A stretch of DNA of 63,285 nucleotides, filler included, from Octopus bimaculoides (GCF_001194135.2; 5 parts of 3 records of this genome joined end to end with filler, not necessarily neighbours in it), one strand, 5' to 3'. Shown: positions 1-13,187, counted from the whole stretch's first letter. Made by a program: numbers and translations. Notes: generated by a model not told the origin, from the letters alone.

Positions 1-241
1 TTTATATTGAACACTCAATATTTCATCTACATTCAATACTTTATTTCATGGTGCCATCCATTTTTATTTTATTTTATATTATATATTGTATATTCCATAT
101 TCTATACCCCACATTAGTTCTGCAGGAATATAAATAAAACATAAAAAACAGACAGTGTTGGAACTCTTTTAAGCAAAATAATATATTCCTCTATACACAA
201 TCATACAAAAAAATCCACCTTTTTTTGTATTTATTTTTACT

Positions 242-281
<40 letters not shown>

Positions 282-714
282 GAGAGAGAGAGAGAGAGAG
301 AGAGTCATTGAGAGTCAAATATCCATCTGAAGTGCACAGTGAGAATTTGACAAGTTGAGTAAGTGGGTATTACCAACAAATTTTACGGCTTCAAGAGAAG
401 TCTGAATGGGAAGTTTGTACACCGATATGCAGGGCAATAATTATTAACATGTGACAGAGGTGTTAGGCATCTATCACTGTGTGAGCTGTTATTGAGTGAG
501 ATGATACAATGAGAGGAGGCATGAGGTAAGCTGAGTTGAAAGTGGCGCTGAAAAATGTCACAGATGGAAACCGCAGGTTACAATAAGACAACACTGCCAA
601 GTTTGACAGCTGCAAAGATATTCAATAACCTACTGCACATAAAAGTGCATATTGTATACACATGCGTGTGACCTGCACTCAAACTGATATTATCTGTCAT
701 TTGTGTGTGCGCAC

Positions 715-757
<43 letters not shown>

Positions 758-1239
758 TATCCATGGTGAAACAGGAAGAAACTAGTCAAAACATGTCCTG
801 GAGTGTCAATTATTTCACTTACTGAAAGATGAAAATTTGTGTCAGTCCTAGTTTCATACTTAGCCTTTTAGAAGCACAAAATTCAGAGTATTAACAGAGT
901 TAATGAATGTCTGTGAGTGTATATGTATATATCATGAATGAATACACTTTTCTCTTTCTCTCTCTCTCTCTCATATATATATGTGTGTGTGTGTGTGTGG
1001 CTTTATTCTTAAACAAGAATATTGTAGACAGTGAGTTTGAAGTTTTGGTCAGTTAAGCCACCGCTGGACTGGCAATGGTTTAACTGGTCGAAACTTCGAA
1101 GTGACTTAATAATACCCTTGGTTGAAAATAAACTTGTATTCTACAAAAGTATGCAGTAATCCCTAGATTAATGTGAAATTGTTTTCCTTATAACATAAAA
1201 ACAAATATTAATATAAATATATATATCTTCTATATAAGG

Positions 1240-1645
1240 AATGAAAGTAGATTATATGAAACTTGTGTATATACATGGTAGTGAAATATGGGCAGTGACT
1301 GCAGAGGACATGTGAGGACTTGAAGGAAATGAAATTAGTATGTTCCAGTATTCTGCTGAATGTGCATGCACAACATAGTGTAAATGTGTTAAGAGAAAAA
1401 TTAGGTATAAGAGGCATCAGAAGTAGTTTACAAGAGAAAAGTCTGTGATGCATATGGGTGAAGACAATTGCATACAGAAGTGGCATTCTCTAAAGTGGAG
1501 GGAGCCTTTGAAAGAAGAAGACCCAGAATGAAGTGGGACAATGTGGTGGAAAATGATATTCAGATGTTAAGCCTCACAGAAGAGATGACAAATGACCAAA
1601 GACCAAGATGACAGGCAATTTGCTGTTTTGAGAAGACCTGTCCAA
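1240..1645 (+). mobile_element. RTE-clade LINE, decayed 3' end of the RT ORF
   Basis: Frameshifted translation gives ..HGSEIWAVTAEDM*GLEGNEISM..LREKLGIRGIR..VEGAFERRRPRMKWDNVVENDIQMLSLTEEMTND, the typical RTE C-terminal region. Confidence 0.8.
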
Positions 1646-1818
1646 CTAAGTAAAATCACAGCAATAGAGGCATACACACTCACACATACATACATATAAC
1701 AGCCTTCATTCAGTTTTGATCTACTAAATCCATCATCAAGGTTTGCCAAGTATGCACATGACACAGTGTTGTGAAATAAACAAACTTTTAAATCAGTTCA
1801 TGTATGTTTGTAACGTAC

Positions 1819-1901
1819 CTGATCTGCTAAAAGGCCATTTTAACTGATTTGCCATGGAGAAAATTCCTTCAGGCAACAGGTATTAAAACACCAACAGTGC
1901 A
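1819..1901 (-). CDS. Candidate spliced exon of a host gene, possibly containing the start codon (MANQLKWPFSRS)
   Basis: Minus strand has acceptor acatttatcag, an 83-nt exon and donor CAG|GTACGT. The ATG at 1855-1853 (context TCCATGG) reads in frame to the donor. The product is not recognised. Confidence 0.35.
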
Positions 1902-1992
1902 CTGATAAATGTTACTTATCCATCTATCCATCAATCCATATGCCCAAAATCCACCTACATTCCAAACACACACACACATATATAGGTACAAG

Positions 1993-2063
1993 TATAGCTG
2001 TGTGGTGAAAAACTTTGCTTCATGACCATATGGTTTCAGGTTCAGTCTCACTGCATGGCACCT
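1993..2063 (+). mobile_element. SINE family B, tRNA-like head fragment
   Basis: gctgtgtggtg...ggtttcaggttcagtctcactgcatggcacctt matches the head of the fuller copies at 10822-11268 and 28418-28828. Confidence 0.6.
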
Positions 2064-2169
2064 TATAATTTATTTAAGCTTGGGAGCTGATTGCACACAG
2101 TTTCTAGAACAGTTTCTAAAGTCCTCTCACAGTTGTCTCTCTTTTGTCGTATCCAGTACTAATGATAGC

Positions 2170-2300
2170 CAAGTAGCTACAAGTGTATTTGCTGTACATG
2201 CACAATGACATTGCAAGTCCAATGGAGCATACTAGTTTCATTGCTCTCTAGTCTTTCTATGCCCTCTGCATCTAGGGCCCACATCTGAAAACTGCCCAGC
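2170..2300 (-). mobile_element. RTE-clade LINE fragment
   Basis: Minus translation WALDAEGIERLESNETSMLHWTCNVIVHVQ is homologous to the 1240-1645 fragment. Confidence 0.6.
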
Positions 2301-2342
2301 ATTACAGTGCATACACAAATATCACACAATCTTCCTTTCATT

Positions 2343-2384
<42 letters not shown>

Positions 2385-2463
2385 NNNNNNNNNNNNNNNN
2401 NNNNNNNNNNNNNNNNNNNNNNNNNNNNNNNNNNNNNNNNNNNNNNNNNNNNNNNNNNNNNNN

Positions 2464-2525
<62 letters not shown>

Positions 2526-2900
2526 TTGTTGCCAATAGAGGTAAAAGCTATCTGTGTTTTCTTCATGCAATTCTGTTTTTTGAATTAATTATATATATAC
2601 ACATGCACAACACACACATATGCATATAAGTGAAATAATCAATTTGTGCCTGTATTATATCCATTCATAATATATCTGTTCATTCGGTTATTACTAAATG
2701 ACTGTGGAGGTCATAATGTAATATGCATTATATAGTGGACATGATTATATCATTGTTCAGATTCTTGTATTCATGCTTGATATCTGATTTGTCACCCACA
2801 TGTTGTGGAAACATTTGTAAACAATGGAATAAGTTTAATTACAGTAACTCTCTTCTTCACTTATATATACATATATATTATATGTTTAAATGCATATGTA

Positions 2901-3644
2901 CAGGGTGCAATGGGTAAATTGTCACCATTTTATATTTTTAATTTCAGGCATGTACATTGTTTGTTTTTGATTTTGTCGACTACACAGTAGGGTCAGCTGG
3001 GCACCATCTGTAAGAAAACCAACATCATGACGCAATTCATTCTGTCAGAAATTTGCAACCGACAAGCTGTACTGCTTGGCATTCAAGCTGAAGCTCCAAT
3101 ACGAACATTTCAGAGTGTTTGGGTGTCAATCTGAGGACAGTGCAATCTAAGAACATGTACTGTGATAAAAATCAAACATTCAGTTAACATCATGGTGTTT
3201 GGAGTGATCACTAATGATGACAACGTTATGCCTCAATTCATCTTCCTATACACCATGCTACACTAGCAGGAGTACCCAGTCATGGCTGTCAGACAATTTC
3301 TGTGACTACATCACCCCTAACATCTGGCCACCTAACTCCCCAGACTGCAACCCTAGTTGAGCGAGAGACCAACAAAACTCCTTGTAACACCAAAGATGAA
3401 CTGAAGGCAAGGATTATGGCAGCATTCACCAGCTTAAACAAGGAAACCATCCAGGAGAGTTGCAGGAGATTCTGAAATTGTCTGGAGGTCGTGGTTGAAG
3501 CCAATGGTGATTTTATTAAATAAATTTTCTCTTTAGTATTTCAAGATATTTTTATGTAATTTTGGTAAATATATCTACTAAAATGAGACGTCAGTGTTAT
3601 TTTCATTTTTGCATAATCTTGACAACAATTTATTCACCGCACCC
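2901..3644 (+). mobile_element. Internally deleted Tc1/mariner-superfamily (maT/DD37D-like) DNA transposon
   Basis: Starts TA|cagggtgcaatgggtaaattg and has a matching inverted end (aatttattcaccgcaccc) running into the gap. Remnant peptides IWPPNSPDCNP and ERETNKTPCNTKDELKARIMAAFTSLNKET..LEVVVEANGDFI. Confidence 0.8.
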
Positions 3645-4079
3645 NNNNNNNNNNNNNNNNNNNNNNNNNNNNNNNNNNNNNNNNNNNNNNNNNNNNNNNN
3701 NNNNNNNNNNNNNNNNNNNNNNNNNNNNNNNNNNNNNNNNNNNNNNNNNNNNNNNNNNNNNNNNNNNNNNNNNNNNNNNNNNNNNNNNNNNNNNNNNNNN
3801 NNNNNNNNNNNNNNNNNNNNNNNNNNNNNNNNNNNNNNNNNNNNNNNNNNNNNNNNNNNNNNNNNNNNNNNNNNNNNNNNNNNNNNNNNNNNNNNNNNNN
3901 NNNNNNNNNNNNNNNNNNNNNNNNNNNNNNNNNNNNNNNNNNNNNNNNNNNNNNNNNNNNNNNNNNNNNNNNNNNNNNNNNNNNNNNNNNNNNNNNNNNN
4001 NNNNNNNNNNNNNNNNNNNNNNNNNNNNNNNNNNNNNNNNNNNNNNNNNNNNNNNNNNNNNNNNNNNNNNNNNNNNNNN

Positions 4080-4143
<64 letters not shown>

Positions 4144-4697
4144 TTTAAATCATCCACTTTCTAAAAGTGTTTTTTCTTTTCAGCCTGAGGTATGCCAAGC
4201 AATCTTGTTATTTTTGAAATGCTTTGAAGACACCATAAGATCATTAGTAAGATTTATAAAATTAATACATAATAGGTGTACAATGCCTCTGAAACTGTTT
4301 TTTAAGAACTGGTTTCATGAGCTAAATTTGATGAGTGATAAATTCCCACCAAGATAAAACAATAATTGAATATGGATAATATTTCCCAAAGAGTCTGTAA
4401 ACTGAAGCAGGCAAAATGAAAACTACTATGATAAATTGTGATTGTTATTAGTTAGGAGTTAAGCCAAGTTCACTTTACTTGAATAAAGATATTATAACAA
4501 AGGCTACTGCTTAAAGTATGGTACACACAAGATATTTTATTGATGTTTTAAAGCTAAACCTGTCCTATTCATTTGTAGTGCAAGCTACCCTTACATACAA
4601 GTCTCATAATAACATTGATTTCCTCTCTACCTACCTTTACTGCATTTTAAATACAGTAGAGAACTGCTAAAGGAGCCATTTTATGGCTTATACTGAT

Positions 4698-4767
4698 ATA
4701 CTTAACTTATACTATATAGATGTATACTTAACTTATACTATATAGATGTATACTTAACCTATACTAA
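4698..4767. repeat. 26-bp tandem repeat, about 2.7 copies
   Basis: atacttaacttatactatatagatgt is repeated directly. Confidence 0.85.
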
Positions 4768-5268
4768 CTACACTGGCAGTCAGTATAGTATATTGCTACT
4801 ATTATTAAGTTCCATGTCTATTCTGATCCAGCAGACATTTGAAATACCTTCAGAAAGTCTTTCTAAAACTATACTATCCAGTGTGTGCTTTCTTCTTTAA
4901 GCTTGTAGTGTATGATTTGAAGGATATTTAGCTGCTAGTTTTAACAGGTTGGGCAACCACTCAGAAGGTTCCTCATGGGAAGAGGCATAATACATCAGAT
5001 ATGTATGGCACCTCTTCCTATATGCAACCTACTATCAAGAGGTGAAATGTCCCAGAGTTCAAATCAGGAATCTCACTGAGTTTCCGAGTGAAAGAACTTT
5101 ATTCTACAATGTATCAGTTCACCTAACTTTTAAGAACTGATAGCAGTTCATTTTGGTATTTGTCTCTTGTCTACTATGTATTAGGAAAACAGTTTAATTC
5201 TCATAAAGGAATGAATTTGCCTTGGATGTTAATATAACTATCAGCGAATCACTGGGCTTCATTCAGTC

Positions 5269-5513
5269 AATACTGACCTGAAATCCACCGAGGTCGACTT
5301 TGCCTTTCATCCTTTCAGGGTCGATAAATTAANNNNNNNNNNNNNNNNNNNNNNNNNNNNNNNNNNNNNNNNNNNNNNNNNNNNNNNNNNNNNNNNNNNN
5401 NNNNNNNNNNNNNNNNNNNNNNNNNNNNNNNNNNNNNNNNNNNNNNNNNNNNNNNNNNNNNNNNNNNATTTCAGGTCTTGTGCCTAGAGCAGAAAAGAAT
5501 ACTGACCTGAAAT
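5269..5513 (+). mobile_element. 5'-truncated SINE family A copy with a 16-bp target-site duplication
   Basis: Contains ccgaggtcgactttgcctttcatcc...cttgtgcctagagcagaaaag. The TSD aatactgacctgaaat lies at 5269-5284 and 5498-5513, with an internal N gap. Confidence 0.8.
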
Positions 5514-6115
5514 GTTAGCATAAAAATACCAATAATGATATATAAGACTTAGTCCACTGTTTGATTTAACACCATAACCTGGTTTGGAAACCTTTAGAAG
5601 AGTATGCTCTGCAGTAAGCATTCAGAGCACATCTGAAAGTAGCTTGCTATCATCTTGATGCATTTCCTACTGCATATTCTATTCAGTAGAGTCAGTTTGT
5701 TTTTTTTTTTTGTTTTAGAGGAAGTGTTAACAGGTGGCTGCTTGCTGTCAGATAAGATAAGTACTTGACTTCTTGCATAAGAATGTTCTCTTTATTGGCA
5801 TGCTTACATGTGACCACTGACATTTAGATGGACTACATACAGGGATTAAAGTAGTGATTAGTAGTAACTGTAGAACCAGATTCTCATCTCATCTTTTTTC
5901 ACCAATTCATAAGTCATAGTTACACTTCTTCCTTTGACTAAACCACAAGAAAAAACAAAAACAAATGACCCCCAGTACTAGATTGGTACTTGTTTTATCA
6001 TTTTATTAAGTATGGAATGATAAAAGCCGAAGTTTGCATCAGTGATATTTGATCTCAAAATGTAACAATATCTGCAAAAAGAAACATTAACTAAAGATGA
6101 AAAAAAATTACTTAC

Positions 6116-6167
6116 CCAGTTTGTAACAGCCTGAAGAGATTCCTGGACAGAAATACCAGCAAATGAA
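6116..6167 (-). other. Candidate 52-nt spliced exon of a host gene (UTR or coding)
   Basis: Minus strand reads tattttttcttccag|TTCATTTGCTGG...ACAAACTGG|gtaagtaa, with near-consensus acceptor and donor. All three frames are open (one reads SFAGISVQESLQAVTNW). Confidence 0.5.
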
Positions 6168-7329
6168 CTGGAAGAAAAAATATTGAATCATCATAAAGAG
6201 AAATAACTGACAGAAATATTGCAATGAGTTTTGATATTAATAAAAATGAAGGAGAAAATAAATTCTTGTGTTTATATATATGTACATGAGGAATAGGGAC
6301 AGATCAGATTCTACATGCATTTGACCCTGTACAACCAGTCTCATGGTCCCCAATTTAACTGAGTGAGGAGCATGTGTAAAGGATGAGAAGTATCTCACAT
6401 AAAACAAAATGCCTACCAGATTATCTGAGTACTGAGATTCACTCTGATGAGGCAGAAACTTAAGCAGTGTTTCTATTTATGCACCTTCACCCACACTCCA
6501 GACTTTATTTCAGTTGAATTTATATCTATATTAAGAGAGGGGGTGGGGGAGATACACATATACATACAGTTTTTAAATATGTATACATTTAATAGTTTGC
6601 ATATATCTTTGTGTTTCTGTGTAAACATTTGTTGCTATTTTCTTATACTCTTTCTCTCTCAGTTCAAATTCTTATCAGGGTGTCAACCAGATGTTGGTTC
6701 ATTCCCACTGGTTTTCTCTAGAAGTTAGTGAGGTGAATAAACCCATTGATTGACAACACTTTTCATAAGAAGACAAGTCAGTGACACTATTATTTGTCAA
6801 CAAAGAAACAACTAAGGGTACATACACACATGCACACATACAGGTTCATATACATATACACAGGTATAAGTATATGTATACATACACATGTATGAACACA
6901 CATCTATGCATGGAAACACGCATGAACATAAATATAATAACAAGTTAAATGCACAAATTAAGATTTTAAATGTGTAACTTATAAGACATGAGTACCTAGT
7001 CAAGGACAAAATAAAATAAACTAGTGGTCCCATGGGACAAGTACCTTGTATCCATCATGCGACATACCAACTAAGAACCTGTTTACTTTTTCTGCTCTAG
7101 ATTCATGTGCATAAATAACTTTCATAATTTACATATGCACACACACACACACTCTCACACACACACACTCTCTCACACACACACACACACAAACGAATGT
7201 GTGTATGCATAAATGAGTATATGTGTGTGTGTGTGTTTGTGCACACAACACACGTTTATACATATTATGAGTGTGTATATGCATGTGTGTATACAGACAC
7301 ATATATAATTCATTTTGTTGTTCATATTC

Positions 7330-7425
7330 ACATCTGTTTTTTTCAAGCTAGCATGGGTTAGATACAGAATGTGTTATTAAGGCATTGTTGTACAGCCAGA
7401 CAATCTTTCTGTCACTAAGCCTTCC
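7330..7425 (-). mobile_element. Retroposon 3'-tail fragment (family C; same tail as 37620-37745)
   Basis: The reverse complement resembles the ...acccatgctagc(a/t)tg(g/a)aaa... tail seen at 37.7 kb. Confidence 0.4.
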
Positions 7426-7554
7426 CTTTTTTTCCAAGGGATCTCATATTTCATACAACTTTGAAAAATGCAAGGCCAGTGGATGATTTGTTGGCAGGAG
7501 AAATAATAACTGTATCACCACTTGCTGCTCATAATACTTCAAAATATATAAACA

Positions 7555-7887
7555 CATACTCAAGGTATTTCGTGTTGCAAGACAGTGTAGGAGAGAGAAT
7601 AGTGATGTTGTAGGAGAGAAATGTGTTCGCATGGATGATGGTACGCTTGCATTAAATGAGAATGCAAAGAAAGAGGTCTGGAGATGCCACTACGATAGAT
7701 TGCTTAATAAAGAGAATGAATGGGAGAAAGAGAGCCTGCCGTATGTCGACCCAATAGAGGGACCAGCTATCCGAGTTGATAGTACCAGGGTAGATAAAGC
7801 AATTAAGAGTATGAAGACCGGGAAAGCCCCCGGCCCATCAGGAATCACTGCAGAGATGCTCAAAATATCTGGCAGTGTTGGCTATAG
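7555..7887 (+). mobile_element. RTE-clade LINE fragment (region just upstream of the RT domain)
   Basis: ORF ..KCVRMDDGTLALNENAKKEVWRCHYDRLLNKENEW..AIKSMKTGKAPGPSGITAEMLK carries the KAPGP-G LINE motif and ends at a gap. Confidence 0.85.
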
Positions 7888-7931
7888 NNNNNNNNNNNNN
7901 NNNNNNNNNNNNNNNNNNNNNNNNNNNNNNN

Positions 7932-7943
7932 TTAATTAATTAA
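7932..7943. other. Artificial assembly linker TTAATTAATTAA inside a 100-bp N spacer
   Basis: Exactly 44 N + 12-mer + 44 N. The identical structure recurs at 31268-31279, 48325-48336 and 61569-61580. Confidence 0.95.
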
Positions 7944-8235
7944 NNNNNNNNNNNNNNNNNNNNNNNNNNNNNNNNNNNNNNNNNNNNGATTGTAAAAGGA
8001 CTATGAAAATGATAGATTGATAGATTTATTAGCTACACCGTGCCAAACACAGGGGACGATGCAATGTAGAATTTTTGTATATATTTTCGAGATCGATCAA
8101 AAGGAAGAGGAAAACCATTTTGGGGAGGACATGTAAATAGGGAAATAACTCAAAAGCCGTGGTTAACGATAAGAGTTCCCAAAAGGTTTATCCCTACACA
8201 CGCGCACACACACACACACACATACATGCACACTC

Positions 8236-8355
8236 GATAGGATTCTTTCAATTTCCGTCTACCAAATTCACTCAGAACGCTTTGGTCAGCCCGAGGTTAT
8301 AGTAGAAGAAACTTGCCGAAGATGCCACGCAGCGGGACTACTTACCACACAACCT
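8236..8355 (-). mobile_element. SINE family B, 5' half
   Basis: tttccgtctaccaaattcactca...gccacgcagcgggact matches the other B copies. Confidence 0.75.
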
Positions 8356-9380
8356 CTTGAACACCTTGCATATAATTCTCTGCAAATGCTGTATTGTGCT
8401 ATTTTAAAAATCTTTTTTTCTGTTTTCACACTTTATGAGATAATAGTCTTAAGGTTAACATAAATATTCTAAATACAGTGTCGTATATCTTATATTTGAT
8501 CCATAACGAAAGCATTAAAAACGCAGACAGTTGACACAGAATATTATATTTTATATTGTAACTTGTTTATCGAAAGAATATAAGCAATAAAATTCAACAT
8601 TATCTACGGTAAGTCAGCTATTCATCAAATTCTCTGAAGTCCTGCGATACGTTTATTATTAATTCCTTTTCTTTTTATTATTTAATATTCGACTACTACT
8701 ATAAAACTTTAACATGGCTATCTTCCAGTCATATAGTGGGGGTTCGTTAGTACTCAGGCCGCAGATGGATGAAGACATTTCCTCACAGTTTATAGCGCAG
8801 AGTTAATGTGTGTGTGTGTGTGTGTGTATATATATANNNNNNNNNNTGAATCACAAAATATTAACATAAATTCCATCTTTCTTATAATCTAAAATCAGAT
8901 ATGCTTGCATGACAATTTATCCGCATTCAAAATATATGTGCTCACCATTAAATGACGCTGGCCATTGTTATGATGGTTCAGTTCTTACTCCCCTCCGGAT
9001 GCTACATTCTCGAGAGCATGCCTATATAGGATCTTGGCTGCACGAGCATTTGAAAAATTAGTGAGTTCATGGCACATGTTACGGAACAATTATACATTCG
9101 CAAGTCAGATCCAGCTGAAGTATAAATGTTGCCAGGATTTTCTTAATCCTTATAAAACAAACGATTCCCTGCAGACCATCGAAATAAGGATATTGCAAGG
9201 AACGGCAGCCTTAAGTCCCATTATATTTACTATGAAAATGTTGCTGCCTCCACAGTTCTTATAACATCAAGGAAAATTCCCATATTAGCACGTGAGATAA
9301 TTATGTATACTTATGTATCGTTACGTATCCGGCACAACCATACCTTACACAATCTCCACGGGATGTATCTTTCTAATGTA

Positions 9381-9591
9381 CAGGGTGCCCACAAAGTCTG
9401 GTTACATAGAATAAATAAAATCATAACATAAACAATTAAATATGAGAAATAATAATTTCTTAATGTATGTGTTAATCCCCATGTGGGTACATGAAGTAAA
9501 TAAAATCATAACATAAATAATTAGATATAAGAAATAATAACTTCTTAACGTATGTGTTAATCCCATGTACCCAAACTTTGTCGACGCCCTG
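9381..9591. mobile_element. Tc1/mariner-type MITE with an internal ~80-bp tandem duplication
   Basis: TA|cagggtgcccacaaagtctggttacat ... atgtacccaaactttgtcgacgccctg|TA. The internal aataaataaaatcataacataaa..tatgtgttaatccc unit occurs twice. Confidence 0.8.
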
Positions 9592-10821
9592 TATTAGTTT
9601 AAGGAATTATCGTCCGTGCCACAGATGACATTAAAAGAGATCTAATGTAAACATATATTTCCCAACATATATGTAGATTCAGAGGTATGGAATAGCTCTT
9701 ATTTCATTCCTAACATAAGATCAATTGCTACCTTTAGCACAAGCGTTCTCCAAAGCAGTAGCGGTTAAAGAATATGTAGTATATTCTATAACACTTTAGT
9801 ATGGAATTTAGATATTTTGACGTGAAGTTAGTAATTGATAAATTATCGGTAGCTCATCCATCTCCATTTATGCAACTCCTTGAATATTTCCTTTCTAACC
9901 GAATGGTTTTACTGTGGCCTAATAGTTATGCATAGATAAAAATTGTTTATTTATCAAAGTCATCCTCTTCCAAAGTTTCAGATTTGTTTATTCATCGTAC
10001 ATATAACATAAAAGCATTTGAATTTATATTTATCTTAAGTTATTTACTTTTGCCTGTATATACACAATCAAATGGACTGTTCCAGACATTATAATCGATG
10101 ATATAATGTGATTCGGAATTTTAATTTCTTTTTGTTGTTCTTTTCTTTCTTTTTTTTTTTGTATTTTTCATTACTTTTGACCGAAGGAAGAAATGCAGAT
10201 ACAGTGTTGACTAATCATATTTAAATATATCTGGGAAGATTTATGTTGAGTTATTTCTACGCTGCTACTCTCGTATAAATTGGTTGGACAGACCTCTGAG
10301 AAGAAGACGTCTGATTCAAGGACATTGAATGTCCTGTGTATGTGTGTGCACGTGCGTGCATGCATGTGTGTGTTCGTGTATGTGTGTTTACGTATTAATT
10401 TGCGTGTATTTGCGCACGCGCCGGTGGTGTGTGTGTGTGAATGGGCGCATATCTCTCCATTTATATTAATTTATTTTGAAATCGCCATTGTTTCCATGTG
10501 GGATAATAATGAACAACGCTTAATTACTTCGCTACGAAGGTTTTAGAATCAGTAACTTTATCACCCGTTGCTATGGAAAGTGCATTTTGGAAGTAGAACT
10601 AGTTCTTAAAATTAAATACGGATATAAAAGAAATATGGACTTTTTTATTATTAATATGTTTTCTTTCCTTCATTCTGAAATAACAACTGAGTGGTATGTG
10701 TGAACTCCTTGCGTTTAGAACAATTAATTTCACTACACCGAGGCTTCTGAACATTAACGGAAACGGAATAAAAACTATCAACAAAATGAAGCAAGCTCAT
10801 AAAAGTCAAGACGTTCGTTTA

Positions 10822-11268
10822 TTCTTTTACTTGTTTCAGTCATTTGACTGAGGTCATGCTGGAGCATAGCCTTCAGTCGAACAAATCGACCCCAGGACCT
10901 ATTCTTTCTAAGCCTAGTTCATATTTATCGGTTTCTTTTGCCGAGACAATTTGTTACGAGAGCGTAAACACATCAACATCTGTCATCAAGCAACGATGTT
11001 TTATGGGAGTGTCTATTTACTTCTGTCGTGTCTGTGTGCGAATGTGTGTGTATATATATATATATAGATATGTGTGTGTGTGTGTGTGTTTGTGTGTGTA
11101 AATACGACGTGCTTCTCTCAGTTTCCGTCTACCAAATCCACTCACAAGGATTTGGTCGGCCTGAACCTATAGTAGAAGACACTTGCCCAAGGTACCACAC
11201 AGCGGGACTGAACCCGGAAACATTTAGTTGGGAAACAAGCTTCTTACCACACAGCCACTCCTGCGCCT
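10822..11268 (-). mobile_element. SINE family B, near full length, with internal (TA/TG)n
   Basis: tRNA-like head (A box tggctgtgtggta, B box ggttcagtccc), core gtggatttggtagacggaaactg, internal microsatellite and tail ..ccagcatg..cagtcaaatgactgaaacaagtaaaag. Confidence 0.85.
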
Positions 11269-12495
11269 ATGTGTTTAAATTCAATTATACTTCTGTGTAT
11301 AGTTTATGGCATGGGCAAAAACAATTAAGCTTGGCATAAGAACTCCCGTTATGGATGCAATTTGTCGAATAAATGAACTCAGCAACACAACCTGGCACAA
11401 ACTCAATATTTAACGCTTCAACCGCTTCTATCAGTTATTTATATTAGTTAGGTGATTTTGTAAATAATAACGAAGCAGATCGTACCCTGAATGTTTCAAT
11501 GGGCAGTAGGACGCCCATGGAAGGGTATTAATCTTTGGTTTTACAATTTCCACGATATCTACTTAACTAACTACTTAGAGACTTAGGAGAAAAAACAGAT
11601 TTAAAATCGATGGAAATATACCGTTATCACCCAGAATGAGTTCTATCCAATATCTGGATTCTCAGAAGTGTAATAAAGTAGTATTTTTTCACAGTACTAC
11701 ATATCAGAGACCGGTTTCGATACAATATGGAAGAAAATAAATCACGTGGCTTTTGGAAATAATTAGAAACTTTAGCTTATGCTGTGATATCATGTACTTT
11801 TAGGAAAAACTATAATTTTTAACACCGTTTTGTAATATCACCACCGGGAATTTGTATCAGAACGTTTATATATCACACAAAGGAAAGTGAGATAGTTTCA
11901 GCTGCCTCTGTAATATATTGTTAGATATGTGTCTGAGCATAGTCGCTTTACTTAGATGCCAGAACAATACGGAGAATATTTCTTGAAGCGAAAATTCTAT
12001 ACGTGTTCAGTTTGAAGCCATAAATAGATATTTTATAAGTTGATAACATTCTCGAGTTGAGGGGCATGTGTGAAAGGAAATTTCACATACATTTAAAATC
12101 AAACTTATAAATATTGTATGTTAAATCTCCTTGCAAGATTGCTCAAGAGTTATTCCATACAATTTTAATGTTATCAGAAAAACATTTCTGGTAGGTATCC
12201 AGGTTGAACCTTGTTTCTAATTTCAAATATAATGTATCTAATTCAGCTGCGAAGGAGGTGCGATAACTTAGATTTTCAGACTCTCCACTACACATCATTG
12301 TAGTTCTTCCGACTTTTACATTCAGGGTTCCAATTCTGCCGCGGTCTCTTTGTCCTGCATTCTTTTGAGTTCGAGAAAATAAGCTCCAGCGAAGTATTGC
12401 GGTTGATGAAATTGATGAACACATTTCCACATAGTTTCAAGCGCTGTACCTATAGTACAATATATACGTAATTTTAATCTTTGTCAAGGTAAAAT

Positions 12496-12707
12496 ATTTT
12501 TTCTACTCTAGGCACAAAGCCTGAATTTAGGGGGGGGGGCAGTCGATTAGATCGACCCCAGTAGGCAACTGGTACTTAATTTATCGACCCCGAAAGGATG
12601 AATGGAAAGTCTACCTCGGCGGAATTTGGACTGAGAACGTAAAGACAGACAAAATACCGCTAAGCATTTCGCTCGGCGTGATAACGTTTCAGCCAGCTCG
12701 CGACCTT
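12496..12707 (-). mobile_element. SINE family A
   Basis: Reverse complement has ccgccgaggtagac..ggggtcgataaattaagtaccag..gtgcctagagtagaaaa. Confidence 0.85.
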
Positions 12708-12794
12708 AACGCAAGTTATTTCATTGCTACTTAAACGACTACAGTTGTAAGAGGGAATGTTTAATATTAAGGAATAGTTGTAAGGTGGATACGT

Positions 12795-13003
12795 GGTAAA
12801 ACCATTAATACGCTGGGCAAAATGATAAACTGCATGCCGTCCGTCCTGACATTCTGATTTCAAATTCCACCGAAGTCAACTTTACCTTTCATCCATTCGG
12901 GGTCGATAAAATAAGTACCAATTGAGAAGTGGGGATCAATGTAATTGACTTCATCTCTCTCTCCTGAAATACCTGGCATTGTGTTTAAATTTGAAACCAA
13001 TAT
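12795..13003 (+). mobile_element. SINE family A, older subfamily (tail ..ttgaaaccaatatt)
   Basis: ttcaaattccaccgaagtcaactttacctttcatcc..ggggtcgataaaataagtacc. Confidence 0.75.
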
Positions 13004-13152
13004 TAAAAGGAATATTTGCCTTTACTTACGAAAGAAACCTCGGTTCGTTCAGTATTATATGCACCGGAAGGCCTAGGTTATGAACCCAAGTACAATAGTA
13101 CATTCGGTTGGTGGCAATTTTCATCAATTGAGTGTTTTGTAATCTATCTGTG

Positions 13153-13187
<35 letters not shown>

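Noticed and set aside
6441-6475. CTGATGA-ggca-GAAAC hammerhead-like motif
   Set aside because: There is no room for stem II and stem I does not pair.
8605-8616. Strong plus-strand donor ACG|GTAAGT near the CpG transition
   Set aside because: It is an isolated motif with no supported exon start or partner acceptor.
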